From Gemmatimonadota bacterium (GTDB taxonomy: Bacteria > Gemmatimonadota > Gemmatimonadetes > Gemmatimonadales > Gemmatimonadaceae), in NCBI GenBank assembly GCA_040389905.1, contig JAZJZK010000032.1, forward strand, positions 1-64,000: a stretch of DNA of 64,000 bases. The letters run 5' to 3'. Below the pieces are notes generated by a model, which saw nothing but the letters and a program-made list of their open reading frames with translations, did not search any database and was not told the origin of the DNA. Position numbers and translations under genes: made by a program. Shown piece after piece: positions 27,299 through 37,107 of this stretch (its first letter is position 1; every line of letters starts with the position of its first letter).

Positions 27299-28267
27299 GT
27301 GCACTCTCCATTGCGCCGCCTCAGTTCTCTCGTGGCTATCGGCTTGTTGACGGGCTGCGTGTCCGCGCCGATCAAGAGGGATGCCGGCTCCCCTCCGGCG
27401 TCCAGCATCCGCGTTCACGATTCTGCGCGCAATCGCGAGGTTGGGTTCAATGCACTCGTAGCGGCAGCCGCCGACGCGGACATCGTGTATTTCGGCGAGC
27501 AGCACGACGACCCCGAAACGCATTTCGCCGAGTTTGCCCTTCTCGAGGGGATCGGCCGAGTGAAGCCGCGCGTCATTGTGTCACTCGAGATGTTCGAGCG
27601 CGACGTCCAATCCATGGTCGATTCCTACCTCGCCGGCCGGATGAGCGAGGCCGAGTTTCTCGCCGCGTCGCGTCCCTGGCCCCAATATGCGACCGACTAC
27701 CGTCCGCTCGTCGTGCTGGCGCGAGCGCGTGGATGGCCCGTCATTGCCGCCAATGTGCCGCGATCCATTGCCAGCGCGGTGAGTCGCAAAGGGTTGTCCG
27801 CACTCGACACCATGCCTGCGGCGACGCGCGCACACGCCGCGAAGGAACTCGCCTGCCCACACGATCGCTATTACGACCTGTTCGCGGAACAGATGAAGGG
27901 CCATTCCGCCGGCGGCGTGGCGGCATCTGCAAGCTCGGACACCGCGACGACCGCCATGACCGATCGGTTCTACGAGGCACAGTGCGTCAAGGATGAAACG
28001 ATGGGGGAGTCCATTGCCAATGCCCTCGTCGCAGGCGGCGCGGGGGCGATTGTCGTCCATTTCGACGGCGCGTTTCACAGTGACTACGCGCTCGGAACGG
28101 CCGAGCGGGCTCGCCGGCGGGCACCCGCTGCGAAATCGATCGTGATCACCGCCGTGCCCGTTGCGGATGTCGCCACCGCTGCGCCTGGCGAACAGGGCCG
28201 CCGAGCCGACTATCTGATCTTTACGAAGAAACCCGCTCCGAAAGCAGCTGACGCCGGTAAGCGCTAA
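27299..28267 (+). CDS. ChaN/PhuW-like heme-binding uptake lipoprotein
   Basis: Lipobox LLTGC; VYFGEQHDD, SLEMFER, YRPLV, IAANVPR, AQCVKDETM, GAFHS. Confidence 0.85.
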   Translation: MHSPLRRLSSLVAIGLLTGCVSAPIKRDAGSPPASSIRVHDSARNREVGFNALVAAAADADIVYFGEQHDDPETHFAEFALLEGIGRVKPRVIVSLEMFERDVQSMVDSYLAGRMSEAEFLAASRPWPQYATDYRPLVVLARARGWPVIAANVPRSIASAVSRKGLSALDTMPAATRAHAAKELACPHDRYYDLFAEQMKGHSAGGVAASASSDTATTAMTDRFYEAQCVKDETMGESIANALVAGGAGAIVVHFDGAFHSDYALGTAERARRRAPAAKSIVITAVPVADVATAAPGEQGRRADYLIFTKKPAPKAADAGKR

Positions 28268-28342
28268 GAGTTCGCAAAGGGTGACCGATCGCGCTTCTTC
28301 AGGGTAGTAGATTGATCGACTACTTCACATGAGATCCCATTC

Positions 28343-30313
28343 ATGAATTCTCGTTTTCTTGCGGTGCTGGGTGTCTCGCTGGGTGTTGCCTCCATCGGAG
28401 CGCAGGCTCCCGCCGCTCAACGCCCGCGCTTCGACAATACGGGCGTCGGCGATACGTCCGTCTTCGCACCACTCGAGCTCCCGGCCGGCAACCTCGTGCG
28501 AACTGCATCCGGCGCACCCGGTTCCAAGTACTGGCAGAATCGGGCCGACTATGACCTGAAAGCATCGCTCGATACCGGGTCGAAGACGCTGACAGGCCAG
28601 CTGAAACTCAAGTACACGAACAACTCGCCGGACACGCTGCGCTTCATCTGGTTGCAGATGGAGCAGAATGCCTTCAAGGACAAGTCGCTGAATTCCTATA
28701 TCTTCCCACAGGAATCGCGCTTCGGTGCGCGCGGCTTCGAGGGCGGTGACGTCGTTGATCGCTTCGATCAGCTTGTGGGCAGCAAGCGCGTGGCGGTGCA
28801 GCGCCGAGACAATGGCACCGTGATGAAGGTGGACCTCGCGGAGCCGCTCGCGCCGGGCAAGGCCGCCACCTTCGATGTCGCGTGGCACTTCCTCATTCCC
28901 GAGCATGGCGCCGATCGCATGGGGCGGGAAGGACCGCTGTACGAGCTCGCGCAATGGTATCCTCGCGTCAGCGTCTACGACGATGTGCGCGGTTGGAACA
29001 CGGAGCCCTATCTTGGCCAGGGCGAGTTCTATCTCGAGTTCGGCGACTACACCCTCGAGATCACGGTGCCGGCGGGCTACATCGTCGCAAGCACGGGAGC
29101 GCTCACCAACCCGCGTGACGTCCTGACGCCGACGCAGATCACTCGATTGGCGCAGGCGGCCAAGTCGGCGACACCGGTGAATATCGTGACCGAAGCCGAC
29201 CTCAAGTCCGGCGCGGCGCGGACGAAGACGAGCGGCATGCTGACGTGGAAGTTCGCGTCGAAAAATGTGCGCGACGTCGCGTGGGCGGCATCCCCCGACT
29301 ATTTGTGGGACGCGAGCAGCTGGAATGGTATTCTCGCGCAAGCGTACTACCGCCCCAGCGCCATCGAGCCATGGAAGGATGCTGCGGATCAGACACGCCA
29401 GTCGATCGAGGAGTACTCGACGCGATGGTACAAGTACCCATGGCCGCAGATGAGCGCCGTGGAGGGACCGATCAGCGGCATGGAGTATCCGATGCTGATC
29501 ATGGAGGCGAAGAGCAACGACAAGTACGACTTGTACAACGTCGTCACGCACGAGGCGGGGCATAACTGGTTCCCGATGATCGTCGCGTCGAACGAGCGGG
29601 CGTACATGTGGCAGGACGAGGGCTTCAACACGTTCATCAACACGTTCAGCGAAGCGAAGCGCTATCCCGAGCGGGGAGACCAGATGGCACGCGCGCTCGC
29701 CGAGCGGCAGTACATCGAGAACGAGATGAAGCTGAATCGCGACCAGCCGATCGACGTCGGCCCGGACCGGATCAACCCCGCGCTGCTCGGCGCCGCCGCA
29801 TATGTGAAGCCGAGTGTCGGGTTGCAGCTGCTGCGACAGGAGATCATGGGTCCGGCGGCGTTCGACGATGCCTTCCGCACGTACATCCAGCGATGGGCGT
29901 TCAAGCACCCCACGCCGGCGGACTTCTACCGGACGATGGAAGACGCCGGCGGCAAGCGACTGGACTACTTCTGGCGTGAGTGGTTCAGGATGAACCCGCA
30001 TTTCGACCAGGCGATCGATACGGTCGTCACGTCGGCCGCGCCAAATGGTGGCCAGACCGCAACGGTCGTTTACGCCAATCGCGCACGCGGTGTGTTGCCG
30101 ATCAGAGCCCGTTTCACCTTCAGCGATGGTTCGGTCGAGAACTACGACTATCCGGCCGAGGTGTGGAGCACGAACACGGTGCGGTACATGCGGCGGTATA
30201 CCTTCACGGGCAAGACGCTCCGGCGCATCGAACTCGATCCGGACAATCGGCTCATCGATATCGATCGGAGCAACAACAGTTGGGGTGCGACTCCCGCCGG
30301 GCCGCGACCGTAG
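28343..30313 (+). CDS. Secreted M1-family metalloaminopeptidase
   Basis: Signal peptide; GMEYP, HEAGH-N18-E (WQDEG), AYVKP, WAFKHPTPADF. Confidence 0.92.
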   Translation: MNSRFLAVLGVSLGVASIGAQAPAAQRPRFDNTGVGDTSVFAPLELPAGNLVRTASGAPGSKYWQNRADYDLKASLDTGSKTLTGQLKLKYTNNSPDTLRFIWLQMEQNAFKDKSLNSYIFPQESRFGARGFEGGDVVDRFDQLVGSKRVAVQRRDNGTVMKVDLAEPLAPGKAATFDVAWHFLIPEHGADRMGREGPLYELAQWYPRVSVYDDVRGWNTEPYLGQGEFYLEFGDYTLEITVPAGYIVASTGALTNPRDVLTPTQITRLAQAAKSATPVNIVTEADLKSGAARTKTSGMLTWKFASKNVRDVAWAASPDYLWDASSWNGILAQAYYRPSAIEPWKDAADQTRQSIEEYSTRWYKYPWPQMSAVEGPISGMEYPMLIMEAKSNDKYDLYNVVTHEAGHNWFPMIVASNERAYMWQDEGFNTFINTFSEAKRYPERGDQMARALAERQYIENEMKLNRDQPIDVGPDRINPALLGAAAYVKPSVGLQLLRQEIMGPAAFDDAFRTYIQRWAFKHPTPADFYRTMEDAGGKRLDYFWREWFRMNPHFDQAIDTVVTSAAPNGGQTATVVYANRARGVLPIRARFTFSDGSVENYDYPAEVWSTNTVRYMRRYTFTGKTLRRIELDPDNRLIDIDRSNNSWGATPAGPRP

Positions 30314-30334
30314 GACGATTCATCTAGTCGTGAC

Positions 30335-30362
30335 GCGGGCCCGTTCTTCGGAACGGGCCCGC
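30335..30362. terminator. Hairpin between convergent genes, probable terminator
   Basis: Perfect 12-bp stem GCGGGCCCGTTC/GAACGGGCCCGC with TTCG loop; U tracts are weak. Confidence 0.7.
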
Positions 30363-30376
30363 TTGTCATGCGCCCC

Positions 30377-30934
30377 TCAGACTGCGGCCGATGTGGGTAG
30401 CGCAGGAGCTACCGAGAGTGCGTCGAGCTCGGCCACGAACTCTTCCCCGAAGTAGTACAGCAACTCTGGCCGCGCCATCTCGTAGACCGTCGGTCCATCG
30501 GAGATGCACACCAGTGAGCCGTCCTCGATCTCTTCGGAGCAGAACAGCATCTCGCCACCGAACGTGACCGGAAAGAGCGCGCTCACCATTGGCTTGAGCA
30601 GGTGATAGTCCGTCCCCGCGTCGAGTGACATCGCGTGGAGCGTGCACCCGCGCGTCGTACGCGAGAGAAAGACACAGCGGCCATCGCGTACCGTTGTGCG
30701 TGTCGAGGCACCGCCGGGAAAGTCCCCGTCTGCCGTCACCTCGGCATCGAACCACTCGCTTCGACGAATTCCCACGCGCGCCTCGATTTCGTCGGCGTGC
30801 GCCAGGATGCGTCCCTGCTCGACGACGGAAACATCCACGCCGTGCTGGCAACACGCGTCCGCGCAGAAGCCGCACTGCATGCAGTGACCGAAATACCGTT
30901 TCTCGAAAATGGCGCTATCCACCGCACGAATCAC
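30377..30934 (-). CDS. Cysteine-cluster protein (YkgJ/CxxCxxCC, DUF3109-like; Fe-S or Zn binding); start may be upstream
   Basis: CMQCGFCADACCQHG, GRCVFL, GCTLH, KPMVSALFP. Confidence 0.75.
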   Translation of the reverse strand: MIRAVDSAIFEKRYFGHCMQCGFCADACCQHGVDVSVVEQGRILAHADEIEARVGIRRSEWFDAEVTADGDFPGGASTRTTVRDGRCVFLSRTTRGCTLHAMSLDAGTDYHLLKPMVSALFPVTFGGEMLFCSEEIEDGSLVCISDGPTVYEMARPELLYYFGEEFVAELDALSVAPALPTSAAV

Positions 30935-30981
30935 CGGCGCTCCGTCGCGCGCGGTATACGCCCTCGACAGCGCTCGCTCGG

Positions 30982-31425
30982 TCAGGCGGCGCTCGTATCT
31001 TCGGCGCCGGGGCCAGCCGCTGGCGGCGCGCTCGGTGGACGCGGGCCTGATCCACGACGCCGGTTGCGGCCGCGCTTGCGAGGGCCCGCTCCATGTGCCG
31101 GCGGCACTTCCGCGAGATCACCGCGCCGGATCACCGATTGACGGCACGCCTCGAGCACCGCTTCGAGCGCTTCAATCCCGTCATCCGTAGCCTCGAGAAA
31201 CAAATCCTTGACCACCGACTCGGCCTTTTCGAGCTGGCGGACGAGCGCAAGCGCCATAGCGCGATTCGCCATCGTGCCACACAACTTGGCGTCGATGCGA
31301 TTCCCTGCCGGGCGGCGGAGCACCGTCACGGCACCCTGCTTCGCGGGCTGTAGAAAATAGGGCGACTTGTGCGCTGGCCCGCCACGCTTCTTCACGGGGC
31401 GACGCTTCTTCTCAGTCATTGGCAA
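30982..31425 (-). CDS. Hypothetical protein with basic termini
   Basis: Fills the intergenic gap; helical core ALALVRQLEKAESVVKDLFLE; no family recognised. Confidence 0.5.
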   Translation of the reverse strand: MPMTEKKRRPVKKRGGPAHKSPYFLQPAKQGAVTVLRRPAGNRIDAKLCGTMANRAMALALVRQLEKAESVVKDLFLEATDDGIEALEAVLEACRQSVIRRGDLAEVPPAHGAGPRKRGRNRRRGSGPRPPSAPPAAGPGAEDTSAA

Positions 31426-31590
31426 ATCGTCCGGGTGTTCTCACGCATCGTGTATAACGTATTCGCAGCCGTCGCGACGCGGGAGGGGCGGACACAATGC
31501 GCGTCAGCCCGTGTTGGCTCGCGCTCAGCGCGACACCCAAATTAGCTTCCGTCGTACTGACCCGCTCCCGCTATCCGAGACGCCATCCCA

Positions 31591-32139
31591 ATGTCCACTT
31601 CCCCACCCGCTGAGTCAGACCTTCGCTACCCCGTCGGCCGTATGGAGCTCACGCCGTCGCTCACCGCGACCGAACGGGCTCACGCCATCGAGGCAATCGC
31701 CGCGACACCCGCTGGACTTCGCGCCGCAGTCGACAACTTGACCGACGCACAACTCGACACGCCCTACAGACCCGGTGGGTGGACCGTCCGTCAACTCGTG
31801 CATCATGTCGCCGACAGCCACGTCAACGCGTATACGCGCTTCCGTCTGGCGCTGACGGAGGACAACCCAACGATCAAGCCCTACGATGAAGCACGGTGGG
31901 CTGAGCTTCCCGACGCGGCATCGCTGCCAATTGACGTCTCACTGACGATCCTTGACGCCATTCACGTGCGACTCGTCACACTCCTTCGCACGCTCACGCC
32001 GGACCAGTGCACACGGACGCTGAGTCATCCTGAAAATGGCCCGATGACGATCGACTCGCTGCTCGGAGTCTACTCCTGGCACGGGCGCCATCACACAGCG
32101 CATGTCACATCCTTGCGCGAGCGGATGAACTGGAATTGA
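31591..32139 (+). CDS. yfiT: YfiT/BstA-family (DinB superfamily) thiol transferase
   Basis: LRYPVG, LDTPYRPGGWTVRQLVHHVADSH, PTIKPYDEARWAEL, YSWHGRHH. Confidence 0.9.
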   Translation: MSTSPPAESDLRYPVGRMELTPSLTATERAHAIEAIAATPAGLRAAVDNLTDAQLDTPYRPGGWTVRQLVHHVADSHVNAYTRFRLALTEDNPTIKPYDEARWAELPDAASLPIDVSLTILDAIHVRLVTLLRTLTPDQCTRTLSHPENGPMTIDSLLGVYSWHGRHHTAHVTSLRERMNWN

Positions 32140-32633
32140 TCAAATCATTTGTCCTACTGGCGGCTCTTTTGCTTTCAGCCGCGTGCGCGCGTGAACGGGC
32201 GCCCGCGCCTGACTCTGCTGCAACGCCAGTGTCCGGCTCGGCAGCGGCACCGTCGTCGACCGCTCCGCTCTGCCCGCGCACGGGACACTGGAGCGAGTGT
32301 ACCATCCGGATTCGTCTGGACCAGTCGGGGCTCGCGCCGCTTGCCACGACGGAACCGGTCGGCGAACTGCCTTCGCTTCCTGGGACGCCGCTGCTATTCA
32401 GGATCGGAAACGCGGGATTGGCAGCGTATCTCTATACCGATACTCTCGCGCGACACAACGCGGCGGCCACGCTCGACACGCTCAAGTTCATTCGTCAGAC
32501 CACGCCGGTGACGATGAAGGGAGAAGCAACGCTGATCCAGAACGACAACGCGCTCGTGCTGTTGTTCAGCAAGAATGAGCACCAGCGAGAGCGGGTGTCG
32601 GATGCGATCACCGCGGGGCCGCCGCAGCCCTGA
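32136..32633 (+). CDS. Hypothetical lipoprotein
   Basis: TTGA overlap with yfiT; lipobox LLSAAC; Cys pair CPRTGHWSEC. Confidence 0.72.
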   Translation: MIKSFVLLAALLLSAACARERAPAPDSAATPVSGSAAAPSSTAPLCPRTGHWSECTIRIRLDQSGLAPLATTEPVGELPSLPGTPLLFRIGNAGLAAYLYTDTLARHNAAATLDTLKFIRQTTPVTMKGEATLIQNDNALVLLFSKNEHQRERVSDAITAGPPQP

Positions 32634-32743
32634 CGGCCGAACAGTGGAGGAGCGCCGGACCTCAGATGTGTCAGGTGCTCAGCACTCAGCCGCAGCTGAC
32701 AGACTCTCAGGGCGTGTGGCGCTATGGTGCATCGCAGCCCGAC

Positions 32744-33304
32744 CTAGCCGAGTAGTTTCCCTGGCGGCGACGTCACCCCCCCCGACACGATGAACGCCAT
32801 GACGTCTGAGCTCTCCCCCTGAATCGGCGTTACGGCACTCGAGGGAAAGATCATCAGGATTCCCGCGACACTGTACGAGTACGGAAGGTAGACCGTGACA
32901 TGCCCAGGCAGCCCGAGTCCGTCCAGTGACTCTTGCGTCACGAATCCGATCGCGCGCGCGACGCCACCTGGATATGGCGATACCATTACCGGCTTGTCGA
33001 AACGCCGATGTTCGCCGACGAACGCGTTGAGCAGGTCTTTCGTCGATGAGTAGAGCAGGCGAACGAAGGGGAGCCGTTCGAGCAATCCCTCCACGAGGCC
33101 CAGCAACCCGCGCGTGAGGAAACTCTGGGCGAGCCAGCCGAATATCGTGATGAAGACGACGGTGATAGCGAAACCCGCACCGGGCCAGCGGAATCCGAGC
33201 CACCCATCGATCGTCGTGAAAATGCGGACGCAGATGTAGATGGTAAACGCGAGCGGCGCGAGGAACACAACGCCCTTGAGGAAATAGTTGATGAGGCGTG
33301 TCAC
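32744..33304 (-). CDS. DUF502-family membrane protein
   Basis: YFLKGVVFLAPLAFT, LERLPFVRLLYSSTKDL, IGFVT, VYLPYS, FIVSGG. Confidence 0.85.
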   Translation of the reverse strand: MTRLINYFLKGVVFLAPLAFTIYICVRIFTTIDGWLGFRWPGAGFAITVVFITIFGWLAQSFLTRGLLGLVEGLLERLPFVRLLYSSTKDLLNAFVGEHRRFDKPVMVSPYPGGVARAIGFVTQESLDGLGLPGHVTVYLPYSYSVAGILMIFPSSAVTPIQGESSDVMAFIVSGGVTSPPGKLLG

Positions 33305-33435
33305 GAGTCGCTCACAGAGGTTCCGCGCGGCAGCCGCGCCACAAAGGTCGATCCCTTTCCCAATTCGCTGTACACCACGATGTCTCCGCCAATGGCGCGC
33401 ATCAGGTCGCGGCTGATGGCGAGTCCCACGGGCAT
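33301..33435 (-). pseudogene. Remnant C-terminus of a histidine kinase ATPase domain (44 aa)
   Basis: Reads MPVGLAISRDLMRAIGGDIVVYSELGKGSTFVARLPRGTSVSDS*; in-frame TGA upstream; its stop overlaps the DUF502 GTG. Confidence 0.75.
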
Positions 33436-33558
33436 GATGCCGACGTCGGCAAGGTACTGGCCGACCCTGTTGCGCGGTACCCGAGCATGTCACGCGCTCG
33501 TTCCAATCGTGTGGAAATTGGCGGTTTCAGGATGAACGCACATCGGTATCTTTTGGAC

Positions 33559-34185
33559 ATGGCATCTTCTCACCGTCACGCGATCACCCACCTCAGGCGC
33601 GTCGATCCGGTCATGGGCGACCTCATCGCCCGCGTCGGCCCGTGCACGATGGAACCCAAGCGAACGGGCACGCATTACGATGCGCTCGTGCGCTCGATTG
33701 TCTTCCAGCAGTTGTCGGGCAAGGCGGCTGGAACGATTCACCGTCGCTTCTGCGAGATTTACCCGGGCAACAAGCCGCGCGCCGAGTTGGTGATGGAAAC
33801 GGACGACGAGAAGCTTCGCGCTGCTGGTCTTTCTCGCCAAAAGATGGGTTACCTTCGCGACCTTTCAGCGCGCGTGACGGCTCGCACGCTCCCCCTTGCA
33901 CACCTCGGCCGGCTGTCGGATGACGAAATCATCGAGCATCTCGTTCAGGTCAAGGGCATCGGGCGGTGGACCGTACAGATGTTCCTGATGTTTCGCCTCG
34001 GTCGGCCCGACGTCCTTCCGGAGCTCGACCTCGGAGTGCAAAACGCCATCCAGCGCGCGTACGGCCTCCGGAAGCGGCCGGCGCCGAAGGACGTCCTGCG
34101 CATCGGCGCGAAGTGGCGGCCACATGCCTCGGTGGCAAGCTGGTACCTGTGGCGTTCCCTCGAAAATGGCGACGGTCAGCTCTGA
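33559..34185 (+). CDS. alkA: DNA-3-methyladenine glycosylase (AlkA-family, HhH-GPD)
   Basis: LVRSIVFQQLSGKAA, GLSRQK, VKGIGRWT..MFLMFRLGRPDVLPELDLGV, WRPHASVASWYLW. Confidence 0.9.
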   Translation: MASSHRHAITHLRRVDPVMGDLIARVGPCTMEPKRTGTHYDALVRSIVFQQLSGKAAGTIHRRFCEIYPGNKPRAELVMETDDEKLRAAGLSRQKMGYLRDLSARVTARTLPLAHLGRLSDDEIIEHLVQVKGIGRWTVQMFLMFRLGRPDVLPELDLGVQNAIQRAYGLRKRPAPKDVLRIGAKWRPHASVASWYLWRSLENGDGQL

Positions 34186-35702
34186 CGTGTTGCGCGGCGC
34201 AATGCGAGGGTAAACCTCGAACCCTCGCCCACGCGACTCGACACCGTCAGCTCGCCATTCATGCCCCGCGCGAGATCGCGAGAGATCGCCAGACCGAGTC
34301 CGGCCCCGGTGAGCGGCCCGGCGGTCGGCGCGCCGAGCTGCACGAAGGGATCGAAGATCTGATCCAACTTGTCCTCCGGGATGCCAATTCCCGTGTCGGA
34401 CACGCTCAGCAACATGATGGTGTCGTCGCCGTCGAGTGGTCGCACATCGAGGCGTACGCTGCCGCCGAAAGGCGTGAACTTGGTGGCGTTGCCAAAGAGG
34501 TTGATGAGGATTTGACGGAGCTTTTCCTCGTCGGCGAGAACGATGCAGGCTGTGGCGTCGCAGTGCTGCGTGAAGGACAGCCCGGCAGTCGTCATCTGTG
34601 ACTCGACCATGGCGCTCACGTCCTGCATCAATGCGATCACGTCGACCTCCTCGATGTCGAAGGCGACGCGGCCCGCTTCGAGCTTGGAGAAGTTGAGGAT
34701 GTCGTTGATGAGCGCCAACAGGTGCCGCTGTGCGCGCGACACGCGCTCGAGCGCCCCTCGTTGACCCAACGTCACGGGGCCGTGCAACTCCATCTCCACG
34801 AGCTGGACGTGGCCGGCGATGGCGTTGAGCGGCGTACGCAACTCGTGTGAAATGTTGGCGAGAAACATGCCTTTCGCGGCGTTGGCCTGGCGGAGGGCGT
34901 CGGTCGTGCGCTCGAGCTCAAGCGTATGCTCGCGCATGAGGTCCGCGCTCGCTTCGAGTTCGACCTGCTGCTCCTGGAGTTGCTGATTCGCGATGTCGAT
35001 CGCCACGGCTTGCTGCTGGAGCTTGTCGTTGCGCTGGAGGAGTTCTCGGGAAATGTCAGCCTGGCGTTTCGCCGCTCTGCCAAAGCTGCCGCTCACGAGA
35101 AATGAAACCAACGCCGACAGGAGCACCCCAACCAAAAGGACGATCGATGTCGTGCGCTCGTCGTCTTCCTGCCTGCGCTCGCGGAGGGCCAGCAGACGGC
35201 GTTCTTCCGTGCGTAGCTCGTCGAAGATGATCCGCGCACTATCCATCAGTTGGCGGCCACGCGGACTTCGGACGATCTCCAGCGCGACTGATGTGTCGCC
35301 ACGCCGCTGTCCGGTGAGCGCGCTGTCGAGTCGCATCAGACGTTGCTCGACAATCGGCTCGAGCACGGTCAACAGCGATTGTTGTCGAGGGTTGTCGCTG
35401 GTGAGACGGCGTAACCGTGCCAGCTCGATTCGCGAGGAGTCTCGTCCCATCGCATAGGTGGCGAGATAGTCCTGGCTTCCCGAAATCAGGTATCCGCGCT
35501 CCCCCGCTTCCGCATCCTGGACGTGAGACAGGGCGGACATGGAATTGAGGATGACGTTTTCGGTATGCTGCACCCATGCGCGCGCGTCCCTCGTGCGGCG
35601 AAACAGGATGGCGGTCCACGCCGTAAATCCCAGCATGAGCAGCACCGGCGCCAGCGCGAGGAAGCGGCGGGACGAGGCTCGAGCGTACCAGTTTCGCGAC
35701 AT
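34176..35702 (-). CDS. CHASE3 sensor histidine kinase
   Basis: WVQHT...DAEAGERGYL...LTSDNPRQQ (CHASE3) between two TMs; ISHELRTPLNAI, NLFGNATKFT, DTGIGI, GAGLGLAI. Confidence 0.93.
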   Translation of the reverse strand: MSRNWYARASSRRFLALAPVLLMLGFTAWTAILFRRTRDARAWVQHTENVILNSMSALSHVQDAEAGERGYLISGSQDYLATYAMGRDSSRIELARLRRLTSDNPRQQSLLTVLEPIVEQRLMRLDSALTGQRRGDTSVALEIVRSPRGRQLMDSARIIFDELRTEERRLLALRERRQEDDERTTSIVLLVGVLLSALVSFLVSGSFGRAAKRQADISRELLQRNDKLQQQAVAIDIANQQLQEQQVELEASADLMREHTLELERTTDALRQANAAKGMFLANISHELRTPLNAIAGHVQLVEMELHGPVTLGQRGALERVSRAQRHLLALINDILNFSKLEAGRVAFDIEEVDVIALMQDVSAMVESQMTTAGLSFTQHCDATACIVLADEEKLRQILINLFGNATKFTPFGGSVRLDVRPLDGDDTIMLLSVSDTGIGIPEDKLDQIFDPFVQLGAPTAGPLTGAGLGLAISRDLARGMNGELTVSSRVGEGSRFTLALRRATRQS

Positions 35703-35764
35703 ACCCGGGTAATATCAGAGCGAACATGGTGCCTCGCCACCGTCCCGCGCCCTATTTTTCGTAC

Positions 35765-37027
35765 ATGCTGGTCGTAAAAGACGATTCGGAAAAGGTCATT
35801 CAGTACGCGATCATGCGGCGGCGTGCGACGGCACTGCTCGGCGTGTTTGCGGTGATCTTTCTGGCCGCGGCGATCGTGTCGCACCAGCGTCCCACGTTGG
35901 CCCCATTCTGGATCGGCCTGATCAGGGCCGGTGCGGAGGCGGCGATGGTGGGTGGCATCGCCGACTGGTTCGCGGTCACCGCCCTGTTTCGGCACCCACT
36001 CGGCCTTCCAATCCCGCATACGGCGATCGTCGCAACGCGTAAGGATCGGATCGGGCGGAGCCTCGGGAACTTCGTCGGCAACAATTTCCTCGCGCGCGAC
36101 GTCATCGCGCGCCAGCTTGCGGGGATGCGCCTGGGCGAGCGAGGCGCGCGCTGGCTGACGGACCCCGAACATCAGCAACGCGTCGCGCGTGCAATCGCGG
36201 GCGGTTTGGCGCGGGCCGTGGACTCCGTACCGACGCCAGAATTGCAGGCCACGGTGCATGAGACACTCGTGAGCCAGCTGCGCAAGGCACAGGTGGCCCC
36301 GCTGCTCGCGGACCTGCTTGCGCTCGCAACGACGGACGACCGCCATCAAGAGATGCTCGACAAGCTCGTCACGCTGGTCAGCGTCATCGTCCACGATAAC
36401 AAGGAACTCATCCGCGTTCGAATCGCCGAGGAAAGCCCGTGGTGGGTGCCGGGCGCGGTGGACGACAAACTGTTCCAGAAGATCGTCACTGGCATCGAGA
36501 GAACGCTGGCGCAGGTTGCCGCAAGCGAAGGTCATCCCTTGCGCGCCCAATTCGATCAGGCACTGCGTGGCTTCGTCGAAAAGCTGCATTCATCCCCCGA
36601 GACCATCGCCCGCGCCGAAGCCATGAAGGAGCGCCTCCTGGCGCACCCGGCCGTGGAGGAATTGTCGGGTGCCCTGCTCGGTGCGGCAAAAACATCGCTG
36701 ACGCGATATGCGGGACCGGACGCGGCCGCACCCGAGCCACTCGAGCGCGCAATCGGTGCGGTCGCGGAGCGCGCATTGGCGAACGAGGCGTTTCTCAGGG
36801 ACATCGACGATGCGATCGAACGGCTCGTGCTTGGCGTGGTCGACCAGTATCGCCCCGAGGTGGCCGAATTGATCGCAAAAACTGTCGAAGGTTGGGATGC
36901 GACCGATGCATCGAGAAAGATCGAGGTTCAGATCGGACGCGACCTTCAGTTCATCAGGATCAACGGGACGCTGGTCGGAGGGTTGGTCGGCCTGGTCCTG
37001 TACGTCATCAGCGTGTTCGCTCGGTGA
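35765..37027 (+). CDS. DUF445-family membrane protein
   Basis: EAAMVGGIADWFAVTALFRHPLGLPIPHTAI; GRDLQFIRINGTLVGGLVG. Confidence 0.92.
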   Translation: MLVVKDDSEKVIQYAIMRRRATALLGVFAVIFLAAAIVSHQRPTLAPFWIGLIRAGAEAAMVGGIADWFAVTALFRHPLGLPIPHTAIVATRKDRIGRSLGNFVGNNFLARDVIARQLAGMRLGERGARWLTDPEHQQRVARAIAGGLARAVDSVPTPELQATVHETLVSQLRKAQVAPLLADLLALATTDDRHQEMLDKLVTLVSVIVHDNKELIRVRIAEESPWWVPGAVDDKLFQKIVTGIERTLAQVAASEGHPLRAQFDQALRGFVEKLHSSPETIARAEAMKERLLAHPAVEELSGALLGAAKTSLTRYAGPDAAAPEPLERAIGAVAERALANEAFLRDIDDAIERLVLGVVDQYRPEVAELIAKTVEGWDATDASRKIEVQIGRDLQFIRINGTLVGGLVGLVLYVISVFAR

Positions 37028-37035
37028 CAACAGCA

Positions 37036-37081
37036 AGTGCAGACCCCTCGACAAAGCACGTCGTGCTCGCTCGGGGTGACA
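37036..37081. repeat. REP-like repeat, family B
   Basis: GTGCAGACCCCTCGAC-[AGCACGTCGTGCT insert]-CGCTCGGGGTGACA; related copies at 47410, 47468, 50537, 50586, 56107, 56157, 57139, 59588, 61179. Confidence 0.85.
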
Positions 37082-37107
37082 AGAACGTCACAGGAGGAAA
37101 ACCAGTG

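Noticed and set aside
36439..37107. N-terminal extension of the 715-aa pepP ORF (likewise 16114-16506 for susD and 58350-58547 for the permease)
   Set aside because: The extensions overlap upstream genes or repeats; SD sites, signal peptides or ATGA coupling mark the shorter starts
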